A stretch of 64,000 nucleotides of DNA from Candidatus Latescibacterota bacterium (GCA_965204725.1 OZ242005.1:3744001-3808000), one strand, 5' to 3'; counted from the first letter of the stretch, positions 1 to 9,436 are shown. A program made the numbers and translations. The notes: generated by a model from the sequence alone, not told the origin.

Positions 1-1068
1 ACTGGCGAAGTGCGGTATCGGGAGTGGATCGAGGAATACGTGGGGGCTTGGATAGAGCGAACCGAGGCCAACGGCGGCATCGTCCCGGACAACATCGGCC
101 CCAACGGCATCGTCGGCGAGATGCGCCAAGGGCAATGGTGGGGTGGGCTGTACGGCTGGACCGGGCGTTATGGACACGGCATGATGGCCCACGCGATCAC
201 CGCCGCGGCAGAGGCCGCGCTGCTGGTCACGGGCGAGACCCGCTACTTGGACCTGCTCCGCATGCATCTAAATACGCTGGTGGAGCACGGCGAGGAGGAA
301 GGGGGGCGGCTGCTCGTGCCCTACAAGCACACGGACGAAGGTTGGACCGACTTCAACCCCATTGATCCCAATGCGCCGATCCACTTGTGGGCTGCGTCTA
401 TGGAGGCGCGGGATTGGCAGCGGCTGGAGGCCTTGCGCCGCGGTGCCGAAGACGAGTGGAGGCAGGTGGGGCCGCGCGGGCCGCGCTCGCTCGACGACCG
501 CGCTTGGACCCGCTTTCTCGCGGGCGAGTTCCCGGATTATCCCGAGCGCATCTTGCAGGCCAACTACCGAGAGGTCTGTGACCGCATCGCCAAGGTGCTT
601 GCCGACGAGCAGGATCTCACCCAGCTCGACGTGCATTGGTGGCAGCAGGTCAACCCGGTGGTCACCGAAGCCTTGGTGCAGCTAACGACCGGCGCGCCGC
701 AGACCATCTACTGGGGCGGGTTGGCACAAGGGCGGGTGCGCTATTTCGACGGCGAGCAGCAACGGCCGGGTTTGCCCCCAGACGTAGCCGCGCTGGTGAC
801 CGGCCTCAGCAACGAAAGTGCGGAGTTGACGTTGGTCAACTTGAGCGCGCGCCGCATTCGGCGCGTGATCGTCGGTGCTGGCAGCTTTGGGGAGCACTGC
901 TTTGACCGGGTGCGAGCTGGCGACGAGGCCCTCGACGTGGACAGCACCTATTTCCAAGTCGAATTGGCACCGGCCAGCCAAATAGACTTGTCGCTCGCCA
1001 TGCGGCGGTACTGCCGGCCGCCCAGCTTTCGCCTGCCTTGGCACGGCGACGAGGTTCCCCAGCGGTAG
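1..1068 (+). CDS. Hypothetical protein, 5'-truncated by the window edge; Trp/Gly-rich, possibly an (alpha/alpha)-barrel carbohydrate-active enzyme
   Basis: Frame is open from base 1 (ACT GGC GAA GTG...) to TAG at 1068; no motif recognised with confidence. Confidence 0.6.
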   Translation, partial: TGEVRYREWIEEYVGAWIERTEANGGIVPDNIGPNGIVGEMRQGQWWGGLYGWTGRYGHGMMAHAITAAAEAALLVTGETRYLDLLRMHLNTLVEHGEEEGGRLLVPYKHTDEGWTDFNPIDPNAPIHLWAASMEARDWQRLEALRRGAEDEWRQVGPRGPRSLDDRAWTRFLAGEFPDYPERILQANYREVCDRIAKVLADEQDLTQLDVHWWQQVNPVVTEALVQLTTGAPQTIYWGGLAQGRVRYFDGEQQRPGLPPDVAALVTGLSNESAELTLVNLSARRIRRVIVGAGSFGEHCFDRVRAGDEALDVDSTYFQVELAPASQIDLSLAMRRYCRPPSFRLPWHGDEVPQR

Positions 1069-1093
1069 GGCAGCAATTTTGTATAGGCTCTTA

Positions 1094-1227
1094 GAAGCGT
1101 TCTTAAAATCAGGGTTTCCGTTTCTGATTCGGCTTGGTCCTTTTCTGGATTCCCGCTTTCGCGGGAATGACGGACCCCGTCTTTACGGCTCGTTCAACAC
1201 CCCCAAGGTGGGTTTTCAGACCGCTTC
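1094..1227. mobile_element. 134-bp MITE (type A) with IS5-like terminal inverted repeats and an internal dRS3-like palindrome
   Basis: GAAGCGTTCTTAAAA at the left end vs TTTTCAGACCGCTTC at the right end (13/15 inverted match); TA on both flanks; GGATTCCCGCTTTCGCGGGAATGAC inside; partial inverted copy at 8258-8335. Confidence 0.75.
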
Positions 1228-1258
1228 TAAGCATTCAACCTAAAATGGAGACTGGACT

Positions 1259-2002
1259 GTGGACCAAGCCGACCGAGATTTCTTTGCCGCAAATGGCTAT
1301 CTCAACCTAGGGCAGGTGCTCGCCGACGAGGTGCAATACTTCCGCGGCCTGTTCGATGGGGATATGGAAAAGCATCCCTATTTCTGGCACCGCTACGGCT
1401 ACCACCAACACGCCAACTACGAGGCGTTGATCACCTCGCCGCAGTTCGACGAGTTGATTCGCCACCCGAAGATATACCCAACGGTCGAGGCACTGATGGG
1501 CGGTCCGCTCTGCTTTGGCGAGATCGGGCTGCGGATGATGCGGGCCTACGACGGCCCGTTGCACCAAGGCTGGCACCGCGACCGGCCGCATTGGGACGAC
1601 CATCCGCTACGAATGGACTACATCCAACTCATGGTCTATCTGACCGATGTCAACGAAGGAACGCATTGTTTTTCGCTGTCACCGGAGTCGATAAGCCAGC
1701 CGGTGCTCGAAGACAAGGAAGCACAGCTCAAGCGAGGCGGCGAGTACCACTTGCACGGTCCGGCCGGGACTTGTGCGCTGTTTAACGTGGCTGCACTCCA
1801 CACGGCGACGACGCGGCCCACGCCGGCCGAGCGGCGGACGGTGCAGATTTACTATGGACATCGCAGCCGGGCGCCGCTGGCGAACGATTCGACTATTCCG
1901 GCGGCGTTTTGGCGGGATAGCCAAGATGCAGAGACGCGGGCTTTTTACGGAGTTTTGAACGAGCGCACCAAGGCGTATTTGGCGGCGTTTCCCGGAGCTT
2001 GA
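1259..2002 (+). CDS. Phytanoyl-CoA dioxygenase (PhyH) family Fe(II)/2OG dioxygenase
   Basis: F...GYL N-terminus, WHRD (HxD), distal LH, GGAG RBS. Confidence 0.85.
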   Translation: MDQADRDFFAANGYLNLGQVLADEVQYFRGLFDGDMEKHPYFWHRYGYHQHANYEALITSPQFDELIRHPKIYPTVEALMGGPLCFGEIGLRMMRAYDGPLHQGWHRDRPHWDDHPLRMDYIQLMVYLTDVNEGTHCFSLSPESISQPVLEDKEAQLKRGGEYHLHGPAGTCALFNVAALHTATTRPTPAERRTVQIYYGHRSRAPLANDSTIPAAFWRDSQDAETRAFYGVLNERTKAYLAAFPGA

Positions 2003-2065
2003 CCCCTTCGGCCCGCAGCAAAGCTCCCTCCCTTTAGGGCGGGGAGATGTAGAGATCAGGTTATT

Positions 2066-3220
2066 TTGCACACCCCCCTGTTGCATATCGCACCCACGGA
2101 TCTGGTGGACATTGCAGTCGTCGGTTTGCTGCTTTGGGGTCTAGTCGCTTGGACCCGCCGAGTGCATACGCGGATGGCCCTGCTCGGGTTGGCTTTTTTG
2201 GGCGTCTTCTACCTGATAGCACAGCAGTTCGAGTTGCAGCTAACAGCTTGGATCTTCCAAGGCTTTTTCGCGGTGCTAGTGGTGGTCGTGGTGGTCGTCT
2301 TCCAAGACGACTTGCGCCGGCTCTTTGAGCAGATCGCCACGCTCGGCCTGCGCCGCAAGGCTCCGCGCCCCGATCCCTCCAACTTGGCGGCGCTGATTAG
2401 GGGGCTGCGTCAGTTGGCCGCGAAGAGACGCGGGGCCTTGGTGGTCCTACCGGGGCGCGAGCCGATAGCGCGGCATTTGCAGGGCGGAGTCTCTCTGGAC
2501 GCGGAGGTCCGCGAAGAACTCCTCGACAGCCTTTTCGACCCCGGTTCGGCTGGGCACGATGGGGCACTGGTGATGCAGAATAATAGGATCGCGTCCTTTG
2601 GGGTGCATTTACCGCTTTCCGAGAATCGGGACGAGCTAAAGGGGGGCAGTACGCGACACGCTGCCGCGTTGGGCTTAGCCGAGCGCAGCGATGCCCTGTG
2701 TTTGGTCGTATCAGAGGAGCGCGGCACCATCGGGATTGCAGCGCGGGGGCAACTCGAGGTTTTGGACGATCCGGGCGATTTGTTGGACCGGATCCAAGAC
2801 CACTTGCAGCATACCGGCACCGAGGTGACGGTGCGCCGGGCCGGCCAGCGTTTGGTAGAAGGTCTTTTGTCTTTCGCCTTGGCTTTGGGTGCGTGGGTGG
2901 TCTTTGTGCCGGGCGCGACGCTTGATAAAACAGAGCTCCAAGTGCCCATAGCCGTGGAGCATATACCCGAGGGATATGTGCTAGAGGACGTCAAACCCTC
3001 AGCGGTGGAGGTCGCGGTGGCCGGATCGCGGGTGGATCTGTTTTTGGCGAGCAATGCGGATTTCCAAGTCGTCATTGACGCCAAGCTGGTCGAGTGGGGG
3101 CGGCGGACCTTTGAGGTATCCGCCCAGTCCGTGCGCCATGCAACCGGCCTAGAGGTCAAAAGCGTCAAGCCAGAGAAAGTGAGACTAACCGTGCATAAAG
3201 CGCGAGGAGGTGCGCGATGA
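2066..3220 (+). CDS. cdaA: Membrane diadenylate cyclase (CdaA/DacA) fused to a YbbR-like domain
   Basis: Three N-terminal TM helices, FQDDLRR, HDGA, TRHAAALG, VVSEERG; then a TM helix and a YbbR-like segment (VPI...PSAVEVAVAG...PEKVRLTV). Confidence 0.85.
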   Translation: MHTPLLHIAPTDLVDIAVVGLLLWGLVAWTRRVHTRMALLGLAFLGVFYLIAQQFELQLTAWIFQGFFAVLVVVVVVVFQDDLRRLFEQIATLGLRRKAPRPDPSNLAALIRGLRQLAAKRRGALVVLPGREPIARHLQGGVSLDAEVREELLDSLFDPGSAGHDGALVMQNNRIASFGVHLPLSENRDELKGGSTRHAAALGLAERSDALCLVVSEERGTIGIAARGQLEVLDDPGDLLDRIQDHLQHTGTEVTVRRAGQRLVEGLLSFALALGAWVVFVPGATLDKTELQVPIAVEHIPEGYVLEDVKPSAVEVAVAGSRVDLFLASNADFQVVIDAKLVEWGRRTFEVSAQSVRHATGLEVKSVKPEKVRLTVHKARGGAR

Positions 3221-3343
3221 AAATTGAATCGCTGTGAGAGGAGCCGCTCAGCCCCCTGTGAAATTTGCCCGTTTCAGCAGAATCGTATAATTTTTGTACC
3301 ATTACGCCCTCTACCAGTCACCTTTCATCCTGCGGGAGTTACA

Positions 3344-3589
3344 ATGGCCAAGTCGATGTTTTCTCGGGAAGTCGCTCTCAAGTTAGAAAGCGAAATCAAC
3401 GCCTTTCAAGCCTGTCGCAGCCTGTCGCATCGCGCACGAGACATTAACATAGAACGCAAAGTGAGAGAATCCGAAGGCGCAGTTTCCGAGGAAGAGCAGC
3501 CCAATTCGTCGGCCAGTGCCATGCTGGATTTTGCCGAGGGGCGCATCGTCCTCGTGCCGGAAGAAAGTGCAGACTCAGACGAGGTCTGA
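3344..3589 (+). CDS. rpoZ: Probable RNA polymerase omega subunit
   Basis: 81 aa with NAFQACRSLSHRARDIN...AMLDFAEGRI, matching the omega pattern N.F/Y...S.RAR.IN...A..EF..G.I; GGGAG RBS before ATG 3344. Confidence 0.55.
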   Translation: MAKSMFSREVALKLESEINAFQACRSLSHRARDINIERKVRESEGAVSEEEQPNSSASAMLDFAEGRIVLVPEESADSDEV

Positions 3590-3667
3590 ATCGCTGCGGC
3601 CCGCCTCCTCGTGGGCCTTGCTGTCTCCACCCAAAGAGCCGAAAAGCCTGCCGCTGGTCGCCTAGCT

Positions 3668-4600
3668 ATGCTTGCAAACTGCTGCCCCCGCCGCCGCTGG
3701 GGCAAAACCGAGCTTTCCATACCCGTAATCCCATTCGGGACGCAAGGATTCGGCGGCCACTTTGGGCCGGTCAGCGACGAAGAGGCCATGGCCCTGATGC
3801 GCCGAGCCGTCGATTTGGGCGTCAATCACTTCGACTGCGCCCGCTGCTACGGCGACTCACTGCCCAAGCTGGGCCGAGCGATCAAGGAAGGCGTCATCGC
3901 CCGCAGCGAGATCATCATCAGCGGGCGCGTATGCTGCCACAGCGCGGCTGAGTGGGGCGGCTACGGCGTGGGGCGGCCCGACTACTCGGCGGCGCGAGCT
4001 TTGGCCGATGTGGAAGACCAGCTAGAAATTTTGGGGATCGACAAATTCGATGTGCTCTTCCTCCACGACCCGCCCGAAGTGGAGCCGACCCTTGAGGCCG
4101 GCGGCGCGCTCGAAGGGCTGGAACGGGGGCGTCAGCAAGGCGCTGTGGACTTCATCGGCTATGGCATGAGGCCCCACGACTTTCACCTCGTACATATTGC
4201 TTCGGGCCGCACCGACGCCATGCTGTGTTTCAGCGACTACAACTTGCTCCGGCAGAGCGCGGCCGACGCTATCCTACCAGCGGCCGCGGCGGCCGACCTG
4301 GGAGTCCTCAACGGCTGGTCCATCATGCGCGGCTGGCTGACGGGCGTGCCCGTGGAGCGCTTTATACCACGCGACAAGTGGGGCGAAGACCAGCAACGAG
4401 CCGAGGCCATGCGCTTGTGGTGCGGCGAACAGGGCATCGACATGCTCGCGCTGACGTTGCAATTTTGCCTGCGCGAGGAACGAATCCACGGCAACCCAAT
4501 CGGCTCGCTGAACATCGAGCAGCTAGAGCGGAATGTCGCGGCCGCCATGGCCTCTGTCGCGGACGACACCATCGCCGAGTTTCGGGCCGCGGCACTTTGA
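3668..4600 (+). CDS. Aldo/keto reductase
   Basis: RRRWGKTELSIPVIPFGT, GVNHFDCARCYG, DVLFLHDP. Confidence 0.85.
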   Translation: MLANCCPRRRWGKTELSIPVIPFGTQGFGGHFGPVSDEEAMALMRRAVDLGVNHFDCARCYGDSLPKLGRAIKEGVIARSEIIISGRVCCHSAAEWGGYGVGRPDYSAARALADVEDQLEILGIDKFDVLFLHDPPEVEPTLEAGGALEGLERGRQQGAVDFIGYGMRPHDFHLVHIASGRTDAMLCFSDYNLLRQSAADAILPAAAAADLGVLNGWSIMRGWLTGVPVERFIPRDKWGEDQQRAEAMRLWCGEQGIDMLALTLQFCLREERIHGNPIGSLNIEQLERNVAAAMASVADDTIAEFRAAAL

Positions 4601-4618
4601 ACAGGAGAAACTGCGTGC

Positions 4619-5389
4619 ATGAGCGCTGCTGAAGAGTACTACGCGCAGACGATGGAGTTGTTGCAACGGCTGCGCGATACGCAGATGGATTCTATAGACC
4701 GGGCCGCCGAAATCTGCATCGAGAGCATTGCCAACGGCGGCCTGGTCTTTCTCTTTGGTGCTGGGCACTCGCGGATGATGTGCGAGGAAATGACGCCGCG
4801 CCAAGGATGTTTCGTGGGCTTTTTTGCGTTGGTCGAGCTCGCGGTATCGACCCATGCGTCAATTGTCGGCACCAATGGATTGCGCGGGCCGCTCTTTTTG
4901 GAGAAGTGCGAAGGCTACGCCGAAGAGATCCTGCAAGGATTTGAGTTCGGGCCGCACGACGCCTTTATCTTGATCTCGACGAGTGGCATTCGGCCCCTAA
5001 TCGTCGAGATGGCCATGGGGGCTAAGGCGCGGGGCCTATCCGTAATCGCCATGCTGTCGAAGCCGCACGGCGACCAGTCGCCGCCCGCGCACTCGTCGGG
5101 CAAAAAGCTGATGGATCTGGCCGATGTCGTCCTCGACAATCAATGTCCGCCGGGAGACTGCGTTCTGGAGCTAGAGGGCTTGGAGTGGCGGACTGGCCCG
5201 GTATCGACGGTGACCGGCGCGATGATGATGAATATGCTCCGTTGCGAGGTAGCCGAGCGATTGTTGGCGCGGGGGATCAAGCCGGAGCTATTGCCGAGCC
5301 ATCAGTTCGTGGGCAATGCAAGTGCGGAAGAGCAGCTAGAGCGGTTCTACGAGGGCTATCGCAAGAGCCTCAAGCATTTGTACGCGTAG
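4619..5389 (+). CDS. SIS-domain sugar isomerase
   Basis: FLFGAGHS, ISTSG, ADVVLDN..PPGD, GPVST. Confidence 0.85.
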   Translation: MSAAEEYYAQTMELLQRLRDTQMDSIDRAAEICIESIANGGLVFLFGAGHSRMMCEEMTPRQGCFVGFFALVELAVSTHASIVGTNGLRGPLFLEKCEGYAEEILQGFEFGPHDAFILISTSGIRPLIVEMAMGAKARGLSVIAMLSKPHGDQSPPAHSSGKKLMDLADVVLDNQCPPGDCVLELEGLEWRTGPVSTVTGAMMMNMLRCEVAERLLARGIKPELLPSHQFVGNASAEEQLERFYEGYRKSLKHLYA

Positions 5390-5435
5390 GATCGTAGAAC
5401 AAATGCCTATCGCCCCGACTCCAATCCACTGAACC

Positions 5436-6215
5436 GTGGGCACTCTCGAAAACAGGGTTTGTCTGATTACCGGCTCCACCGGCATCGCAGAAGCCACGGC
5501 TCTACACGCCGCCGAGGAAGGGGCCAAGGTTTTCGTCACTTCGCGCACGGAAGACCATTGTAGGACCCTTGCCGAGCAGTTGGGGGGCCAAGGAGCGCAT
5601 CGGGCCGCCGATCTGACCCAGCAAGAACAGGTCGCCGAGGCCGTGGGGGCCTGCGTGGAGCGGTGGGGGCGGATCGACGGGTTGTTCAATGTGGCGGGGA
5701 TCAGCGGACGGCGCTTTGGCGACGGGCCGCTGCACGAGTGTACAGAGGAGGGATGGGACGCGACGCTGGACGCCAACGCCAAGAGCATGTTCTTGGTGTG
5801 CCGCACCGTGCTGCAACAGATGTTGACCCAAAAACTGCGCGCTGGCGGCGTGCGCGGGGCGATTCTCAACATGGCCAGTGTGTTGGCCTTTGCGCCGGAG
5901 CGGAGGTTTTTTGCCTCGCACGCCTATGCGGCCAGCAAGGGGGCGATTGTGTCGCTGAGCAAGGCGATGGCCAGCTACTACGCGCCCCACGGGATTCGGG
6001 TCAATGCCATTGCGCCGGCCCTGGTGGAGACCCCCATGAGCAAGCGGGCCGGAGCAAGCGCGGAGATCATGGCGTTTATGCGCGACAAGCAGCCGCTCGG
6101 GGCGATGATGAGCGCGGCAGACGTGGCGGGGATGGCGGTCTTTTTGTTGGGGGACCGAGCGCGGGCCATTACCGGGGCCGTAGTACCCGTAGATGCGGGT
6201 TGGTGCGTAAGCTGA
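5436..6215 (+). CDS. SDR family oxidoreductase
   Basis: TGSTGIA, NVAG, YAASK, IRVNAIAP. Confidence 0.9.
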   Translation: MGTLENRVCLITGSTGIAEATALHAAEEGAKVFVTSRTEDHCRTLAEQLGGQGAHRAADLTQQEQVAEAVGACVERWGRIDGLFNVAGISGRRFGDGPLHECTEEGWDATLDANAKSMFLVCRTVLQQMLTQKLRAGGVRGAILNMASVLAFAPERRFFASHAYAASKGAIVSLSKAMASYYAPHGIRVNAIAPALVETPMSKRAGASAEIMAFMRDKQPLGAMMSAADVAGMAVFLLGDRARAITGAVVPVDAGWCVS

Positions 6216-6230
6216 CGAGGAGAGGGCACT

Positions 6231-7208
6231 ATGAAGGAATACGTCATCGGCTTTGACGTGGGCGGCACTCGGGTCAAAAGCGGCGCGGTGACTCGGCGGG
6301 GGCGGATGCTGGCACCGGGCATCAATCCGTCGGGTTTTGCGCTGGGCATGGGCAATTTGCTCAAGACGCTGCAAGGAGAATGCAGGCGGATTGCCAAGCG
6401 GCTGGGCGGCGAGCCGCTGGCCATTGGCTTGGGCTTTCCCGGGGCTGTGGATCCCGAGGTCGGCGTGGTGTACATGCCGGGGAAGATCAAGGGGCTGGAA
6501 GGCTATCCCATTGTCAAACGGCTGGCCAAGGCCACGGGGATTCCAGTCGTCGCCGACAACGATGGCCGCATCTCCATCTATGCCGAGCGACACTACGGCC
6601 TAGCGCGGGATTTGGATTGGGCGGTGACCATCACCCTTGGCACGGGCGTTGGCTCCGGGGTTTTGCTCGACGGCAAAATTCTGCGCGATCCCCATCTCCA
6701 GTTCGGGACCCAGATGAGCCATATCGTCATGCAGGCTCTGGGGGGGAGGCTGTGCCTGACCAACGCGCGGGGCACCGCCGAGATGATGTGCTCGGCCACG
6801 GCCCTGACTCAGCAGGTGCGGGACGGGCTGGCGCGCGGCATTCCCTCGGTCTTGAGCGACCAGTACTTCAAGGACTCCAGCGCAATTGACTTTAAGGCGG
6901 TGATCCGCGGCGTGGTGCGTCAAGACCGGCTCTGCATGGACGAGTTGGAGCACTGGACCCGCAATCTGGGTTGGCTGCTGGTGAGCGCGGTACACGTGTA
7001 CGCGCCCCAGCGGATTATCCTCAGCGGCGGGGCTACCAATGCGGCCAAGCACTTTCTCGAGCCGCTGCAAACGCAAGTGAACGAGCATTTATTTCGCCAC
7101 CCAGCGGGCGCGGGAGTGCCGATTGTGTTGTCCAAGCTACGCGACCACGCCGGCGTTTTGGGGACGGCGGCAATCGCTTGGGAAAAAGTCAATGGAGAAA
7201 AGACGTGA
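6231..7208 (+). CDS. ROK family sugar kinase
   Basis: GFDVGGT, GFPGAVD, DNDG, TLGTGVGSG. Confidence 0.88.
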   Translation: MKEYVIGFDVGGTRVKSGAVTRRGRMLAPGINPSGFALGMGNLLKTLQGECRRIAKRLGGEPLAIGLGFPGAVDPEVGVVYMPGKIKGLEGYPIVKRLAKATGIPVVADNDGRISIYAERHYGLARDLDWAVTITLGTGVGSGVLLDGKILRDPHLQFGTQMSHIVMQALGGRLCLTNARGTAEMMCSATALTQQVRDGLARGIPSVLSDQYFKDSSAIDFKAVIRGVVRQDRLCMDELEHWTRNLGWLLVSAVHVYAPQRIILSGGATNAAKHFLEPLQTQVNEHLFRHPAGAGVPIVLSKLRDHAGVLGTAAIAWEKVNGEKT

Positions 7209-8233
7209 AAGAGCAACCCCTTCGCACCACCGTTATCGGCTCTTACCCCTTCCCGAGCTGGCTCGAACACGCGGCTGAGCACCTCAATGCTTTCGGGCCG
7301 GACGACATCGCCGAGATGCAGGACGACGCGGTCGTTGCCGCGCTCGGCGACCAAGTGCGTGCCGGGTTGGACGTCGTCTCCGATGGCGAGCAAACCCGTT
7401 TTGATTTTAACCTCTCCTTTTACGGCTATCTAGAAGGCATCGACCTAGAGTCCGCACCGCCTAGACGCTTCGGTCCGCCCGCCCACGACCAGCGCGGTCG
7501 CCATGCAATCACCGGACCGCTGCAAGCGCCGCACGGCTTGGGGGCCGTGGAGGAGTTTGCGCGGCTCAAGCGGTTGGCGCCAGCAGGGCCAACGCTCAAG
7601 GCCAGCGTACCGGGGCCTTATACCTTGAGCGGCCGCTTGGTGCCCAACGGCCAGTACCCGGACCGCTGGGCCGTGACCGAGGCGTTGTTGCCGATTGTGC
7701 GGAGCGAGTTGGCGGCGCTCTGTGCGGCGGGTTGCACGGAACTGACCGTTGATGAGCCGTCGATGAGTTGCTACGCCCACCGCGAGGATCCAGCGCGTTT
7801 TGTCGATATCTTCAACCGCACGGTCGAGTCTGTCGTGGGCCAGTGCCGGCTCTCGACCCACCTGTGCTTTGGCAACTACAAGGGCCGCGCCGTAGGGCTG
7901 CGCCGCTACGCGCCCATGTTCCCGGCATTCTTGGACATGCAGGTCAATGAGATGCACGTTGAGATGGCCAGCCGCGAGTTCGCCGAGCTGGAGACCATCG
8001 GCCCGATCGCCGAGAAGATGGACGTGGCGGTGGGAATCGTCGATGTGAAGAGCTATTACCTAGAAACCGTAGAAGACATCGCAGCGCGGGTGGAGGCGTG
8101 CTTGGAGTATGCTCCAGCCGACAAGCTCGCCTTCGCGCCCGATTGCGGGCTGAGCCAAACGGCGCGCTGGGCGGCGCGGCAGAAGCTGGAGAACATGGTG
8201 GCTGGGGTGTGCGCCGTGCGGGAGAAGCTGTGA
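7205..8233 (+). CDS. Cobalamin-independent methionine synthase II (MetE C-terminal-like) family protein
   Basis: TTVIGSYP, SDGEQTR, HLCFGN, PDCGL zinc ligands; GTG start overlaps the ROK stop (GTGA). Confidence 0.85.
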   Translation: MKEQPLRTTVIGSYPFPSWLEHAAEHLNAFGPDDIAEMQDDAVVAALGDQVRAGLDVVSDGEQTRFDFNLSFYGYLEGIDLESAPPRRFGPPAHDQRGRHAITGPLQAPHGLGAVEEFARLKRLAPAGPTLKASVPGPYTLSGRLVPNGQYPDRWAVTEALLPIVRSELAALCAAGCTELTVDEPSMSCYAHREDPARFVDIFNRTVESVVGQCRLSTHLCFGNYKGRAVGLRRYAPMFPAFLDMQVNEMHVEMASREFAELETIGPIAEKMDVAVGIVDVKSYYLETVEDIAARVEACLEYAPADKLAFAPDCGLSQTARWAARQKLENMVAGVCAVREKL

Positions 8234-8257
8234 GAGGATTGCCTGACGACGCTAGGG

Positions 8258-8335
8258 GTCATTCCCGCGCAAGCGGGAATCCAGAAAAGGACCCAGCCGA
8301 ATCAGAAACTGAAACCCTAATTGTAAGAACGCTTC
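8258..8335. repeat. Partial inverted copy of MITE type A (one end plus dRS3-like palindrome)
   Basis: Near-identical to the reverse complement of 1094-1171; its flanking TA is part of the PhyH stop codon. Confidence 0.8.
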
Positions 8336-9141
8336 TAAGGCGTATGATCCGTGTCAACCGGCATTTCGTCGTTGGTCAGAAAGCGTTCCGTAGTATTGTG
8401 GGTCGCTGGGTTGGTGCGGAAGTCGGCGATCCAAGGCTGGCGGAAATAGGCCTGCTTTTCGCGCGGCAGGCTGTGCAGCACCGCCGGGGGGATCTTCAGC
8501 CGGTGCCAGTGGGTGGCCAAATGCGAATAGGCGTGGAGGATGGCCACACGCGGAGTGTCGCGACGCCACACCGGTCCAGCGTGGCACAAGTTTTCGGTAA
8601 AGAAAACCGCGCTGCCGGCCGGGCAGGAATATGTGGTGAGGAAAGGGCTGCGCTTGCCCTCTTCCAGCGACAAATGATCCTCGTGGATGGGAAATTCCGA
8701 CTTGTGGCTGCCGATTAAGAAATGGGTGCTCTGGTCTGCTAGCGCAATATCGGTCAATTCAAAAATAACCCGCACCATACCGGCGTGGATGCGCCCGTTC
8801 TTTACCCGATAGCCAAAAATGGGATCGGCTTGTCTAGGCCCGCCCCCGTGTAGCGGGCCGTGTTCCTCGCCCTTTTTGCGCCAAACGCAGCCACAGCCTT
8901 CCACTCTTATATCGGGTCCGATTACTTCGCGGATTACATCAACCACTTGGGGATGGTCAATCAGTGCGCTGGCCGGGCCGCCGGGCACGTCGCGGTGCTC
9001 GGGCGGCAGCGACTGCGGGTCGTGTTTGATGCGGTCAATCTGATCGACGATGGCGGCGACTTGGGCTGGCTCCAAGATGGCGGGGCGGACCAAAAAGCCG
9101 GTGAGGTCAAAGCGGAAGCGTTCTTCTTCGGTCATGGCCAT
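8335..9141 (-). CDS. PhyH family dioxygenase
   Basis: MTEEERFRFDLTGFL start, LHGG, GSHKS, FTENLCHAG. Confidence 0.8.
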   Translation of the reverse strand: MAMTEEERFRFDLTGFLVRPAILEPAQVAAIVDQIDRIKHDPQSLPPEHRDVPGGPASALIDHPQVVDVIREVIGPDIRVEGCGCVWRKKGEEHGPLHGGGPRQADPIFGYRVKNGRIHAGMVRVIFELTDIALADQSTHFLIGSHKSEFPIHEDHLSLEEGKRSPFLTTYSCPAGSAVFFTENLCHAGPVWRRDTPRVAILHAYSHLATHWHRLKIPPAVLHSLPREKQAYFRQPWIADFRTNPATHNTTERFLTNDEMPVDTDHTP

Positions 9142-9302
9142 GAGATACCTTTCGGGAAACGTTTTTGGTGAGTGTAGGAGAAGCCGACGACCGCCGGCCT
9201 CAGTTGACCCCCTGCATGAGGCGTTGGGTGATAAATTGGCGTTCAAGATACCCCGATCCACCGCTGCAATCAAGCACAGCGCACCCTCGGAAAAAGGCGC
9301 GG

Positions 9303-9426
9303 ACTGGATTCCCGCCCCGTGTCGGGGCACGGGGTGACGTTCTTTCGCGGGAAGGACGCCTTATATGCAAAAAAGACCGGGCCGATCAACATTCCATGCT
9401 TTCGAGTCATTTAGGACTGCTATATA
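9303..9426. repeat. Partial MITE type B copy with a 27-bp hairpin inserted in its dRS3-like loop
   Basis: Closely matches the reverse complement of 41672-41768 apart from inserted CCCGTGTCGGGGCACGGGGTGACGTTC. Confidence 0.78.
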
Positions 9427-9436
9427 GTGGTTCATA

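Noticed and set aside
1094-8335. 7.2-kb composite transposon bounded by inverted MITE A ends
   Set aside because: The cargo includes housekeeping-like cdaA and a probable rpoZ, and TA flanks are uninformative; independent insertions are simpler
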